This document shows, one piece after another, positions 18,081 through 27,280 of a DNA stretch of 42,295 nucleotides. The stretch comes from an uncultured Pseudomonadota bacterium. GTDB taxonomy: Bacteria; BMS3Abin14. Every line of letters starts with the position of its first letter. Positions within the stretch are counted from its first letter, which is position 1. The position numbers and the translations under genes were made by a program. The notes under the pieces were generated by a model. That model was not told where the DNA came from. It did no database searches and saw only the letters and a program-made list of their open reading frames with translations. The stretch is from positions 1 through 42,295 of the forward strand of contig CAYVSA010000011.1 in assembly GCA_964454175.1 (NCBI GenBank), written 5' to 3'.

Positions 18081-19424
18081 TCAGAAAGCCTCACGCTCCG
18101 ACATGTCTTCAAAGCGTGTGTACTTGTCAAGCCACGCAAGTTTACGGATGCCGACTGGCCCGTTCCTCTGCTTTCCGATAATAATCTCCGCAATACCTTT
18201 TTCGGCCGTTGCCTTGTTGTAGAATTCATCACGGTAAATGAAGATGATGACGTCCGCATCCTGCTCGATAGCACCGGACTCCCTCAGATCTGCCAGGATG
18301 GGCCTCTTGTCCTGCCTGGCTTCAACTCCCCTGTTGAGCTGGGAGAGGGCGATGACGGGAAGGGCGAGTTCCTTGGCCAGAGCCTTGAGAGACCGGCTGA
18401 TGTCCGAGATCTCCTGCTCCCGGTTATCGGAGGAGCTTCGGCCCTGCATGAGCTGCATGTAGTCGATGATGACCATCGCAAGGCCCTTTTCCGCTTTAAG
18501 GCGTCTGGCCTTGGCCCTCATCTCCATAACTGTGATCGCGGGGGTGTCGTCAATGTAAATCGGAGCTTCGGAAAGCAGGCCTGCCGCCTGGGTGAGTTTC
18601 GGCCAATCGGTTTTTCCAAGGTAGCCGCTTCTCAGCCGGTGGGCGTCGATACGGGCCTGGGAGCAGAGCATTCTCGTGACAAGCTGCTCCTTTGCCATTT
18701 CAAGGCTGAAAATGGCCACGGGGTATTTGTTGTCCACCGCAAGGTTCTGGGCGATGTTGAGGCAGAAGGCAGTTTTTCCCATAGAAGGTCTCCCGGCCAC
18801 AATAATAAGGTCCGAAGACTGCATGCCCGAGGTGATCTCGTCTATGTCCGAAAACCCCGTGGGAACACCTGTGAGGTGCTCCTTGCGTTCGTAGAGGCTC
18901 TCGATGGTCTTGAAACTGCTCTTGACTATCTCCCTGAGTGAAAAGAACCCTGACCTTACCCTCTTTTCGGAGATCTGGAAGATACGCCTCTCGGCGTTGT
19001 CCAGCAGGTCCTCAACTTCTCCCGGGGAATGATAACAGTCTTCCAGAATGTCACCAGTTGTGGAGATCATATCCCGGAGGATGGATTTATCCTTTACGAT
19101 CCTGGCGTAGTGGCCAACACCCGCGGAAGTGGGTATGTCTTCTACCATGGAGGGAAGGTAGGATGCCCCACCGATCTTGTCGAGGATCCCCTCTGACCGA
19201 AGCCGGTCGGAAAGGGTGATGAGGTCGATAGGCTTTCCCTTCTCAGAGAGGGAGAGCATGTTGTCGAAGATAATGCGATGCGCCTCCTGGTAAAAGGAAG
19301 CGGGCGTCAGGATCTCCATGACTGTGTATATGGCTTCGTTTTCCAGAAGAATGGCGCCCAGCACAGCCCTTTCGGCTTCCAGGTTCTGGGGTGGCACCTT
19401 CCTGGCGGCGAGGCCCTCAGTCAT
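18081..19424 (-). CDS. dnaB: Replicative DNA helicase
   Basis: PPQNLEAE, AGRPSMGKT, DYMQLM and DLRESGAIEQDAD. No intein. Confidence 0.98.
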   Translation of the reverse strand: MTEGLAARKVPPQNLEAERAVLGAILLENEAIYTVMEILTPASFYQEAHRIIFDNMLSLSEKGKPIDLITLSDRLRSEGILDKIGGASYLPSMVEDIPTSAGVGHYARIVKDKSILRDMISTTGDILEDCYHSPGEVEDLLDNAERRIFQISEKRVRSGFFSLREIVKSSFKTIESLYERKEHLTGVPTGFSDIDEITSGMQSSDLIIVAGRPSMGKTAFCLNIAQNLAVDNKYPVAIFSLEMAKEQLVTRMLCSQARIDAHRLRSGYLGKTDWPKLTQAAGLLSEAPIYIDDTPAITVMEMRAKARRLKAEKGLAMVIIDYMQLMQGRSSSDNREQEISDISRSLKALAKELALPVIALSQLNRGVEARQDKRPILADLRESGAIEQDADVIIFIYRDEFYNKATAEKGIAEIIIGKQRNGPVGIRKLAWLDKYTRFEDMSEREAF

Positions 19425-19427
19425 GGA

Positions 19428-19892
19428 TCAGTCTTTCTCTTCTTCCTCTGCCTCTTTTTCTACTACGACTTTCAGTGATGCAGAGACGTCATGGGGCAGC
19501 TTGACGGGTATTTCAAACTCACCCAGGTCCTTCAGGGGTTCATCCATCTGGATGAGCTTGCGATCCAGTTCGATCCCCTGAACAGCCACGGCTTCAGCCA
19601 GATCCATATTCGTTACGGAACCGAAGAGCCTCCCGGTGTCCCCGGCCTTCCTGGTGAAATTCAGGGTGAGGCCGGAAAGCTTATCTGAAAGGGAGCGCGT
19701 CCTGTCGGCCTCGAGTTCAATCTTTTTCTCGAGAGTCCTGAGGTGATGCTCCTGCGACTTCAGGTTCTTGCTCGTAGCAGCAACGGCCAGGTTCTTCGGC
19801 AGGAGGAAATTGCGCGCAAAACCTTTTTTAACTTCAATGGTATCACCCATTTTCCCGAGGCTTGCTACATCCTCCAGAAGAATTACTTTCAT
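19428..19892 (-). CDS. rplI: 50S ribosomal protein L9
   Basis: MKVILLEDV..LG..G..V.VK.GFARNFLLP and RLFGSVT. Confidence 0.97.
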   Translation of the reverse strand: MKVILLEDVASLGKMGDTIEVKKGFARNFLLPKNLAVAATSKNLKSQEHHLRTLEKKIELEADRTRSLSDKLSGLTLNFTRKAGDTGRLFGSVTNMDLAEAVAVQGIELDRKLIQMDEPLKDLGEFEIPVKLPHDVSASLKVVVEKEAEEEEKD

Positions 19893-19965
19893 TGTTAAAC
19901 TCCTTTTCTTCGCTGCCTGACATTGGGATCAGGTATTATAACATCAATTAATCCGGTGTCTGGTT

Positions 19966-20949
19966 TTAATCCTCCTCGGGAGCGATCGGAAAGCGCCTGC
20001 GGAAGTCCAACCACGTATCAAAAAGCCCCACCAGGGCGATCGCAAGTATCAGCGCCATTGGAAATGACATTGCCATAAACATCAGTAGCAGGATCCTGAA
20101 CATATTGGGTATAGACCATTTGGCAAAGAAGTGCCCCATGATGACCATCCCCTGAATTCCATAGAATGTGCCAAGTACTATGAGCCCGTTCAGTGCGATA
20201 TTCTGCACCGGCCCTTTGAACCCGATGATCATCGTCGCGAGAACAGCGAAGATCCCAACAAATGGAAAGGGCATGTTCCATCTGGCGAAGAACGATGGGC
20301 TCTGCTCCTCCTCAAACCCCTTCTGAACAAGTATGCCCCTGGTCAGCACGGTGTAGAAGGCCAGGAGCAGGGTAACTGTTGAAAGCCATATCCCCACGAA
20401 GAGGTTCTTCCAGATGCCGACGACCCACTGGACCTGTTGAAGGTTCTCGGGGGGTACGTCGCTTGAGGAGATGCTCTCCATCAGAAACCCCATCTTGAGA
20501 AGGGTCTGGTGATAGGCCTCCGAAATAGTGATATCTGCAAAAGCGCTGTAGGCGAACATGGCGATGAGCCCTGCTGCTGCGACCATGCCAACTCCCGCGA
20601 GAACCGTGAGGTGCGGGGATCCCTTGGCTCCAATTGCCCAGAAGATGGCCAGGCACAGTGGAAATGTCTCCACAGCAAAAAGAAGGCCGGGCCCCACTCC
20701 CTGCACGAGAGACGTGGCCACCGCCACTGCGGAAATAGCCAGTAACCCCTCGAACACGTTCCTCCTCCTCATACCGTAGGCCAACGGTATGGGAGTTATA
20801 ATACCCAGGGCAGCTCCCAGGGATGGGTGCACCAGGAAGGCACCCAGCGGAATGACAGATATGGCCATGATCGCCAACCAGAAGCGTAGAGCTTCATTCA
20901 CAGGCAAATTCCTGGAAACCATCTGTTTTTGTGTACCATTAAAAATCAT
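19966..20949 (-). CDS. YybS/DUF2232-family membrane protein
   Basis: Multi-TM protein with C-terminal GLFDTWLDFR, in the usual position between rpsR and rplI. Start uncertain. Confidence 0.85.
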   Translation of the reverse strand: MIFNGTQKQMVSRNLPVNEALRFWLAIMAISVIPLGAFLVHPSLGAALGIITPIPLAYGMRRRNVFEGLLAISAVAVATSLVQGVGPGLLFAVETFPLCLAIFWAIGAKGSPHLTVLAGVGMVAAAGLIAMFAYSAFADITISEAYHQTLLKMGFLMESISSSDVPPENLQQVQWVVGIWKNLFVGIWLSTVTLLLAFYTVLTRGILVQKGFEEEQSPSFFARWNMPFPFVGIFAVLATMIIGFKGPVQNIALNGLIVLGTFYGIQGMVIMGHFFAKWSIPNMFRILLLMFMAMSFPMALILAIALVGLFDTWLDFRRRFPIAPEED

Positions 20950-21025
20950 TTAGTAAACCAATAGAGCCGGAGACCTGTACACTTGAGTTCGGAACTACCA
21001 TCACTGTGTCTTTTTTCTATCCCTC

Positions 21026-21055
21026 ACCTGGAACTTGAAACCTGGAACTTGGAAC
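21026..21055. repeat. Heptamer tract (ACYTGRA)x4
   Basis: acctgga-acttgaa-acctgga-acttgga. Confidence 0.7.
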
Positions 21056-21065
21056 AAGTTTTACG

Positions 21066-21296
21066 TCAACGCTCAACTGTGAACGGCAGGATAGCTATGT
21101 TCCGAGCCTTTTTGATGGCGGCTGTCAGTTTTCGCTGATGTTTTTCGCAAGTCCCCGATATCCTGCTGGGCAGGATCTTGCCCCTGTCAGTGATGAACCT
21201 CTTGAGGGCTCTTGCGTTCTTGTAGTCGATCTTGACAATTTTATCGACGCAGAAATGACAAACTTTCCTGCGTCTGCTAAATCTTCTCTTCATCAT
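21066..21296 (-). CDS. rpsR: 30S ribosomal protein S18 (Cys-containing type)
   Basis: [26 protein letters not shown] and AIKKAR. Confidence 0.97.
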   Translation of the reverse strand: MMKRRFSRRRKVCHFCVDKIVKIDYKNARALKRFITDRGKILPSRISGTCEKHQRKLTAAIKKARNIAILPFTVER

Positions 21297-21318
21297 TTAT
21301 ATGATCTCCTGTCTGGAA

Positions 21319-21717
21319 CTAGAACGGGATGTCGGAGTCGTCAAAGTCCTCGGTTTCGGCCGCCCGGCCGCCCTTCGACCCGTCAGAGCTTTTGGAGCCA
21401 AGGAACTGGACAGAGTTAGCTACCACTTCAACTTTGCTCCTCTTCTGACCCTCACTGGTTTCCCAACGGTTCTGCTGCAGTCTTCCCTCGACCAGCACGG
21501 GCCTCCCCTTACTCAGGTACTCGCTACAGTTCTCCGCCTGCTTGCCCCAGACAATAATGTCAAAGAAATCCACTTCCTCCCTGACCTCATCGTCCGTTTT
21601 GAATCGACGGTTAACAGCCAGGCTGAAATTTGCCACCGCAGTGCCGCCCGGTGTGTACCTGAGTTCTGGATCTCGTGTCAGGTTCCCCATTAGTATTACA
21701 CGATTGTAGCTTGCCAT
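21319..21717 (-). CDS. ssb: Single-stranded DNA-binding protein
   Basis: NRVILMGNLTRDPELRYT and DDSDIPF tail. Confidence 0.98.
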   Translation of the reverse strand: MASYNRVILMGNLTRDPELRYTPGGTAVANFSLAVNRRFKTDDEVREEVDFFDIIVWGKQAENCSEYLSKGRPVLVEGRLQQNRWETSEGQKRSKVEVVANSVQFLGSKSSDGSKGGRAAETEDFDDSDIPF

Positions 21718-21718
21718 A

Positions 21719-22072
21719 TCAGCCTTCCTGTATGGTTAGGGTTGGATCTTCCAGCAGCTGGGGTCTGGCCTTTGCCTCCTCTTCCACAGAATCCACTTTA
21801 ATAGTCATGTAGCGGATATTCTTGTCAGAGATGCGCAGGATCCTCTCCAGCTCGATCACCGACTCGGGAGGGGATACGTAGAGCAGGTACACAAAGTGTC
21901 CCTTGACATGGCCCTTGACCTTGTAAGCCAGTTTTCGCAGCCCCCAGGTCTCGGATTTGTGGATCTCTCCATTCTCATCTGTGATGATCCCGGAGTACTC
22001 GGCGATAGTTTCCTGTACCTGTTCCTCGGTGAGGTCAGGGTCCAGGATGCAGATGGTTTCGTAGCCTTTCAC
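21719..22072 (-). CDS. rpsF: 30S ribosomal protein S6
   Basis: YET..ILDPDL and WGLRKLAY. GTG start at 22072 after AAAGGAG. Confidence 0.95.
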   Translation of the reverse strand: MKGYETICILDPDLTEEQVQETIAEYSGIITDENGEIHKSETWGLRKLAYKVKGHVKGHFVYLLYVSPPESVIELERILRISDKNIRYMTIKVDSVEEEAKARPQLLEDPTLTIQEG

Positions 22073-22077
22073 ATTGG

Positions 22078-22137
22078 TTCTCCTTTCGGGCCACAGCCCC
22101 CGCCCTCCGGTAGGATACGGTGCGGGAGCAAGGAGTT
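22078..22137 (-). ncRNA. S6:S18 ribosomal protein leader (cis-regulatory RNA)
   Basis: CUCCUU-GCUCCCGC...GCGGGGGC-UGUGGCCCG-AAAGGAG. The basal stem sequesters the rpsF SD, as in known rpsF leaders. Confidence 0.75.
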
Positions 22138-22186
22138 GATGTTCTCTTCCCACTATGTTCCGGGAAGGTTCGGATTTGAGTAGACC

Positions 22187-22215
22187 TGTCTAACACAATT
22201 GCATGCTCTTGACAA
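22187..22215 (-). promoter_or_regulatory. Sigma70-like promoter of the rpsF operon
   Basis: TTGTCA-17 nt-TAGACA with an extended TG. Confidence 0.5.
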
Positions 22216-22253
22216 GCGTGGAACCGGTTGATTGTGGGCCATGGGGTATAGTA

Positions 22254-22288
22254 CAACGCCCAACGTCTAACGTTCAAAGTCCAGGGTC
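22254..22288. repeat. Heptamer tract (AACGTYC-like)x4-5
   Basis: caacgcc-caacgtc-taacgtt-caaagtc-cagggtc. Confidence 0.6.
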
Positions 22289-22316
22289 AGTGCCATTATT
22301 AAATATCAGACAGACG

Positions 22317-22499
22317 CTATTTTTTAGAGCGTTCAAATTTATCTTTAGCCATACGGACGAAGGAACCGCACTTCATGCACTTCAGGACGACCTCCATTCC
22401 CCCGTGGACAATGCCGAACTCATTAGAGCCGCAGGGGTGCTTCTTTTTCAGTATCACTCTGTTTTTCGCAAGGTCTGGGTCGGTTTCGGCAGCTGGCAT
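22317..22499 (-). CDS. DUF951-family small protein
   Basis: LKKKHPCGSNEF....GM...LKC..CG......KFE motif. Start uncertain (22499 or 22553). Confidence 0.75.
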   Translation of the reverse strand: MPAAETDPDLAKNRVILKKKHPCGSNEFGIVHGGMEVVLKCMKCGSFVRMAKDKFERSKK

Positions 22500-22506
22500 T
22501 AGGCAA

Positions 22507-22581
22507 GTTTCTGGTTTCTGGTTTCTAATTATTGGTTTCTGGTTTCTAGTCATGGTAAACGTTCAGCGTCCAAGGTTCAAG
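22507..22581. repeat. Heptamer tracts (GTTTCTG)n and GTYCAAG-like
   Basis: gtttctg-gtttctg-gtttcta-attattg-gtttctg-gtttcta. Confidence 0.7.
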
Positions 22582-22633
22582 TAGAACAACATTCACCAAT
22601 CACTAATCTCGCACCACCGTCAAGATTCCAGGA

Positions 22634-22667
22634 CAAACAAGAGGCCGATCCTGCCGGACCGGCCTCT
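22634..22667 (-). terminator. Probable terminator after hppA
   Basis: AGAGGCCG...CGGCCTCT stem (22640-22667) followed by TGTTTG on the minus strand. Confidence 0.55.
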
Positions 22668-22692
22668 CTTTGCTCATTTCATGCGTACAGAA

Positions 22693-24702
22693 CTACTTGA
22701 TAAGCGGTTCCACCACCTTGAACAGTGGCGCCAGCACCAGGGAAACAACGGACATGAGCTTGATGAGGATGTTCATGGCCGGGCCCGATGTGTCCTTGAA
22801 TGGGTCGCCTACCGTGTCGCCCACGACTGCGGCTGTGTGTGGTTCGGAACCTTTGCCGCCGAAGTGCCCTTCCTCGATATATTTTTTAGCGTTGTCCCAG
22901 GCGCCGCCGGCGTTGGCCATGAACAGGGCCAGGAATACTCCAGTTACAGTTGCGCCCGCCAGCATACCGCCCAGAGCCTCCTTGCCGAGTAGAAATCCCA
23001 CGATGACCGGTGCCAGAACAGCGGTGACGCCCGGTATGATCATCTCCCTGAGAGCGGCCTTTGTGGAGATATCAATGCACCGTGCGGAATCAGGCTTGCC
23101 GGTTCCCTCCATGATGCCGGGTATCTCCCTGAACTGCCTGCGTATTTCCTCAACCATGGCCATAGCGGCCTTGCCCACAGAGGTCATAGTCATGGCTGCC
23201 ACCAGGAACGGAACAATACCGCCCAGGAAGAGACCAACGACGACCTTGGGCTGGGCGAGGTTTATGGTGTGGAGGCCCACTGCCTGGGAGTAGGCCGCGA
23301 ACATCGCAAGGGCGGTCAGTGCCGCAGAGCCGATAGCAAAGCCTTTTCCAATAGCCGCGGTGGTGTTGCCCAGGGCGTCCAGGCTGTCTGTAACCTTCCT
23401 GGTCTCCGGGCCGAGCCCGGCCATCTCCGAGATCCCGCCGGCGTTATCTGCGATCGGTCCATAGGCATCAACAGACATTGTTATACCAACCGTGGCGAGC
23501 ATGCCGACGGCTGCTACGGCAATGCCGTAAAGGCTCGCAGGAGCTGCGGCCATGGAGGAGATAATGATGGCAATGCTGATTATGAGTATGGGAATGGCTG
23601 TAGACTCGTAACCCACCGCAAGTCCCGTTATGATGTTTGTGGCTGCGCCGGTCTGGCTGGCCTCGGCTATGTTACGAATCGGCTTTGCAGCAGTGTAGTA
23701 TTCAGTGATCAGCCCGATGAGTATTCCTGCCATGGTCCCGGAGAAGATAGCAGAGAATATACCGACAGGCATACCCGTTCCCTTCACCATGAGAAATGCT
23801 ACAAATAAAAGGAGACCAGCAGCTATGAAGGTCGAATACCTGAGGGCCGCAGCAGGAGACAGTCTCTCGAGGAGTTTGATGGAGAAGATGCCGATGGCAG
23901 AACACACGATGCCGGCCATGGCCAGAAGCAGGGGCAGGGCCATGTAGGCTGCCCGTGCCGAGTCGGGGATGGTGACTGCGGTGGCCGCTATTGCGATGGA
24001 TGCCACCATCGAACCCACGTAGGACTCAAAGATGTCAGCGCCCATGCCGGCAACATCGCCAACGTTGTCGCCAACATTGTCTGCGATAACGCCGGGGTTT
24101 CGGGGGTCGTCTTCAGGGATGCCCGCTTCAACTTTACCCACCAGGTCGGCGCCCACATCAGCAGTCTTGGTAAAAATGCCGCCGCCAACACGCGCAAAAA
24201 GGGCAATTGAGGAAGCGCCCATGGCAAAACCATTGATGTAGCGGGCCTTCTCAGGGTCTCCGTAAAGGTAAAACAGAACCCCAATACCGATCAGGCCAAG
24301 GGATGCGACGGAAACTCCCATCACTGCCCCGCCGGAAAAAGCGACAGTAAGGGCCTTTGCCTGACCGCTTTCGGTTGCCGCCTGGGAGGTCCTTGAGTTG
24401 GCCCTGGTGGCGGCCTCCATGCCGAAGTATCCAGCCAGCATTGAACAGAAAGCTCCCCCCAGGAACGCTGTGGCTGTCTGCCAGCCGAGCTTCCAGAACA
24501 GGAGTACGAATACTATCGCAATAAAGATGATCAGGATACTGTACTGCCGCTTCAGGTAAACCATGGCGCCGTCATGAATTTGATCAGACAGATCCTTCAT
24601 GGTGTCGTTCCCCACCGGCTGCTTCATGATGAAAAAGAAGATGCCGAGGGCGAATATCAACCCGCCTATACCGAAAAGCGGTGCCAGGTGTGTCCAGGTC
24701 AT
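22693..24702 (-). CDS. hppA: Membrane-bound pyrophosphatase, K+-dependent, probably Na+-translocating
   Basis: [33 protein letters not shown] and [14 protein letters not shown] 24702 has a GGAGGAG SD and overlaps the pth stop (ATGA). Confidence 0.95.
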   Translation of the reverse strand: MTWTHLAPLFGIGGLIFALGIFFFIMKQPVGNDTMKDLSDQIHDGAMVYLKRQYSILIIFIAIVFVLLFWKLGWQTATAFLGGAFCSMLAGYFGMEAATRANSRTSQAATESGQAKALTVAFSGGAVMGVSVASLGLIGIGVLFYLYGDPEKARYINGFAMGASSIALFARVGGGIFTKTADVGADLVGKVEAGIPEDDPRNPGVIADNVGDNVGDVAGMGADIFESYVGSMVASIAIAATAVTIPDSARAAYMALPLLLAMAGIVCSAIGIFSIKLLERLSPAAALRYSTFIAAGLLLFVAFLMVKGTGMPVGIFSAIFSGTMAGILIGLITEYYTAAKPIRNIAEASQTGAATNIITGLAVGYESTAIPILIISIAIIISSMAAAPASLYGIAVAAVGMLATVGITMSVDAYGPIADNAGGISEMAGLGPETRKVTDSLDALGNTTAAIGKGFAIGSAALTALAMFAAYSQAVGLHTINLAQPKVVVGLFLGGIVPFLVAAMTMTSVGKAAMAMVEEIRRQFREIPGIMEGTGKPDSARCIDISTKAALREMIIPGVTAVLAPVIVGFLLGKEALGGMLAGATVTGVFLALFMANAGGAWDNAKKYIEEGHFGGKGSEPHTAAVVGDTVGDPFKDTSGPAMNILIKLMSVVSLVLAPLFKVVEPLIK

Positions 24703-25277
24703 AGCTCCTCCTCCGTGCTGCAAAGGTTTAATGTAATGGGATCTGTAATCCCCCCGCTCACTATATCCAGAACAAGGTCCGCGACAGCATCCAGAGTGAT
24801 GTCGAGGACCTCACCGTCCCGTCCGGGGAACCTGGACAATACGAACTTCGAAGTGTCCTGTCCCCTGCCAGGCCGTCCTATTCCCACGCGTATTCTTGGA
24901 AAGTCGCCGTAGCCGAGGTTGTCTTTTATGGACTGCATGCCCCGGTGGCCTGCACTCCCCCCCTTCATCCGGTACCTGATCGTTCCAAAGGGCAGGTCCA
25001 GGTCATCAGTTATGACCAGGACATTTGAGCCTTCCACCCCTTTTCTCCTGGCGTAGGGAGCAACCACCTCTCCGCTGCGGTTCATGTAGCCAAGAGGTTT
25101 CATGAGGGTGATACTCTCACTGCCGTAGGTGCCTCTGCCGGTGGCTGCCTTCAGCGATCTTCGCCTCACCGCAATTCCCGTTCGCTCGGAGATCCTGTCG
25201 AGGGCCAGGAATCCTATGTTGTGTCTGGTGCCCTTATAACGCTGGCCTGGATTTCCCAGACCGATAATAAGCCACAT
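24699..25277 (-). CDS. pth: Peptidyl-tRNA hydrolase
   Basis: [35 protein letters not shown] and RIRVGIGRP. Confidence 0.96.
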   Translation of the reverse strand: MWLIIGLGNPGQRYKGTRHNIGFLALDRISERTGIAVRRRSLKAATGRGTYGSESITLMKPLGYMNRSGEVVAPYARRKGVEGSNVLVITDDLDLPFGTIRYRMKGGSAGHRGMQSIKDNLGYGDFPRIRVGIGRPGRGQDTSKFVLSRFPGRDGEVLDITLDAVADLVLDIVSGGITDPITLNLCSTEEEL

Positions 25278-25295
25278 CGCAATTCAGAGGAGCGC

Positions 25296-25976
25296 CTATT
25301 CTTCCTGCTCGCCGGAGTCCTTTTCCTCATCTGCGCCAGTCTCGCCCTCGGCTTCAGCGGCTTCAGCAGCTTCTTCATCAAGCTCCTCTTCAACCTCTTC
25401 AACCTCTTCTGCTGCAGCGCCGACAACTGTGAGGACGGTGAAATTCACTTCCTGGAGAATTGTCACACCCTCGGGAGCCTGAATGCTCCCAACATGGACC
25501 GTGTCACCGACGTCCATATCCGAAATATCTATCACGATGGAATCAGGTATGTTGGCCGGAAGGCAAAGTACTTCCAGCTCCCTGCGCTTGAACTCGAGGA
25601 TGCCGCCCATGGTTATTCCGATGGATTCGCCAACGACCTGGATGGGAACCTTTACAGATATTTCCTCGTCCAGGGCTATCTCAAGCAGGTCCAGATGGTA
25701 AATGCTGTCCCTGTAGGGATGCCGCTGTATCTCTTTGATGAGAACATTCCTTGGTGAGTTGTCATCGCCGCCGGTCACTTCCAGTTGCAGTACGCCGGTC
25801 GTGGCCTGCCCGGTCGCGATAAGCTTGTCGACATCATCTGTCTTAATTGTCAGGCTCAGGGTCTTTGCTCCTTTGCTGTAAAGAACTGCGGGTACAAAGC
25901 CATCCCGCCGCAGAGATCTGGCACTGCCCTTGCCGGCTGTCTCACGGGTCTGGGCCGCTAATTTCAAAGCTCCCAT
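25296..25976 (-). CDS. rplY: 50S ribosomal protein L25/Ctc
   Basis: R...GKGSARSLRR.G.VPAVLY, KEIQRHP, CTC beta domain and acidic tail. AAAGGAGG SD before ATG 25976. Confidence 0.95.
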   Translation of the reverse strand: MGALKLAAQTRETAGKGSARSLRRDGFVPAVLYSKGAKTLSLTIKTDDVDKLIATGQATTGVLQLEVTGGDDNSPRNVLIKEIQRHPYRDSIYHLDLLEIALDEEISVKVPIQVVGESIGITMGGILEFKRRELEVLCLPANIPDSIVIDISDMDVGDTVHVGSIQAPEGVTILQEVNFTVLTVVGAAAEEVEEVEEELDEEAAEAAEAEGETGADEEKDSGEQEE

Positions 25977-26097
25977 TTGATTATTTCCTCCTTTGATCAT
26001 TAAAAAAATCTTCAGGGTCCTTGACCGGAGCCCCGGTCCTGAAGTCGATTTGCCGAAGTCCGGCACAAACGAACCGGCTGTGCCGGTCAACCGGAGG

Positions 26098-26126
26098 ATA
26101 CTACTTCAAGTCCGCCAGTTTTTCAA
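26098..26126 (-). promoter_or_regulatory. Sigma70-like promoter of rplY
   Basis: TTGAAA-17 nt-TAGTAT on the minus strand. Confidence 0.65.
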
Positions 26127-26184
26127 TACTGTTTTAACCTGTCATGTATAAAAAAATACAGGCTCGGGAATTGTATCGGGGAGT

Positions 26185-27141
26185 TCATACAAAAAGAGAA
26201 CTGACCGACTCATCCCGGTTTATCCTCTTAATGGCTTCGCCAAGCAGGCCTGCAACACTTAACTGGACGACCTTATCGCTCCTGGCGAAATTCTCCTGGA
26301 GGGGGATCGAGTCAGTAATAATAATGCGTTCACACGGTGCGTTCGAGAGCCTTTCCATGGCCGGTCCTGAGAAGACCGCGTGGGTTGCGGTCGCGAAGAT
26401 CGGTCCCGCACCTGCATCCTTCAGGGCTTCGAGCCCCTGAACCAGTGTGCCGCCGGTATCTATCATATCGTCCACCACAATGGCGGGTCTGCCTTCCACT
26501 TCACCCACAATATGCATTACCCTGGATACGTTGGGTGCTGTCCTGCGTTTGTCGATAATAGCTAATCCGGCACCCAGCCGTTTGGCAAAAGCCCTTGCCC
26601 GCTCAACTCCGCCTGCATCCGGGGATACAACGACGAGGTCCTCCAGCCCCAGACCCTTAATATATTCCAGCAGTACAGGAGCGGCGTACAGGTGATCGAC
26701 TGGAATGTCAAAAAATCCCTGGATCTGGCTGGCATGCAGGTCCAGGGCCAGGATCCGGTCAGCGCCGGCGACAGTCAGGAGGTCTGCAACAAGCTTTGCG
26801 CTGATGGGCGCCCTTGGCGCGACCTTCCGGTCCTGGCGGGCGTACCCATAATAGGGGATGACAGCGGTTACCCTCCAGGCTGATGCTCTTTTCAGGGCAT
26901 CGATGAGGATCAGCATTTCCATGAGGTTTTTATTCACGGGCCTGCACGTCGGTTGAATGACGAAGACATCCAGGCCACGAATGTTCTCGGAGATCTCAAC
27001 CATGATCTCTCCGTCGGAGAAATCACGCACCAACGCATCACCAAGGGGTTTGTCAAGGTGTTCACATATGGATTTGGCCAGTTTCGGATTTGCATTACCG
27101 GTAAAGATCTTCATGTTGGTCGCGTTGGCAGCCTTGCGCAT
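26185..27141 (-). CDS. prs: Ribose-phosphate pyrophosphokinase
   Basis: FSDGEI, PYYGYARQDRK, VSPDAGGVERAR and VDDMIDTGGT. Alternative start at 27114. Confidence 0.97.
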   Translation of the reverse strand: MRKAANATNMKIFTGNANPKLAKSICEHLDKPLGDALVRDFSDGEIMVEISENIRGLDVFVIQPTCRPVNKNLMEMLILIDALKRASAWRVTAVIPYYGYARQDRKVAPRAPISAKLVADLLTVAGADRILALDLHASQIQGFFDIPVDHLYAAPVLLEYIKGLGLEDLVVVSPDAGGVERARAFAKRLGAGLAIIDKRRTAPNVSRVMHIVGEVEGRPAIVVDDMIDTGGTLVQGLEALKDAGAGPIFATATHAVFSGPAMERLSNAPCERIIITDSIPLQENFARSDKVVQLSVAGLLGEAIKRINRDESVSSLFV

Positions 27142-27160
27142 GTTGTCTTTCTCTTCCCTC

Positions 27161-27235
27161 TGGCTGGGGCGGTAGGATTCGAACCTACAAATGCGGGATC
27201 CAAAGTCCCGTGACTTACCATTTGTCGACGCCCCA
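27161..27235 (-). tRNA. tRNA-Gln (anticodon TTG), CCA encoded
   Basis: TGGGGCG/CGCCCCA acceptor stem, CGGGA-CTTTGGA-TCCCG anticodon arm, GGTTCGAATCC T-arm, 75 nt. Confidence 0.97.
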
Positions 27236-27280
27236 GCGAATAGATTCTTCGCTGTGTGGGATGGCCCAGAGGCCCGTCAA

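Noticed and set aside
18081-19424. Intein in dnaB
   Set aside because: Normal length (447 aa) with continuous motifs.
22073-22153. N-terminal extensions given by the ORF track (rpsF; likewise rhlE, rplY, TPR, ftsE, hppA)
   Set aside because: SD position, stop/start overlaps and family N-termini support the shorter starts. The rpsF and rplY extensions run through RNA leaders.
27161-27235. tRNA-Gln as an integration site
   Set aside because: No duplicated tRNA 3' end or integrase was seen, and the flanks are conserved core genes.
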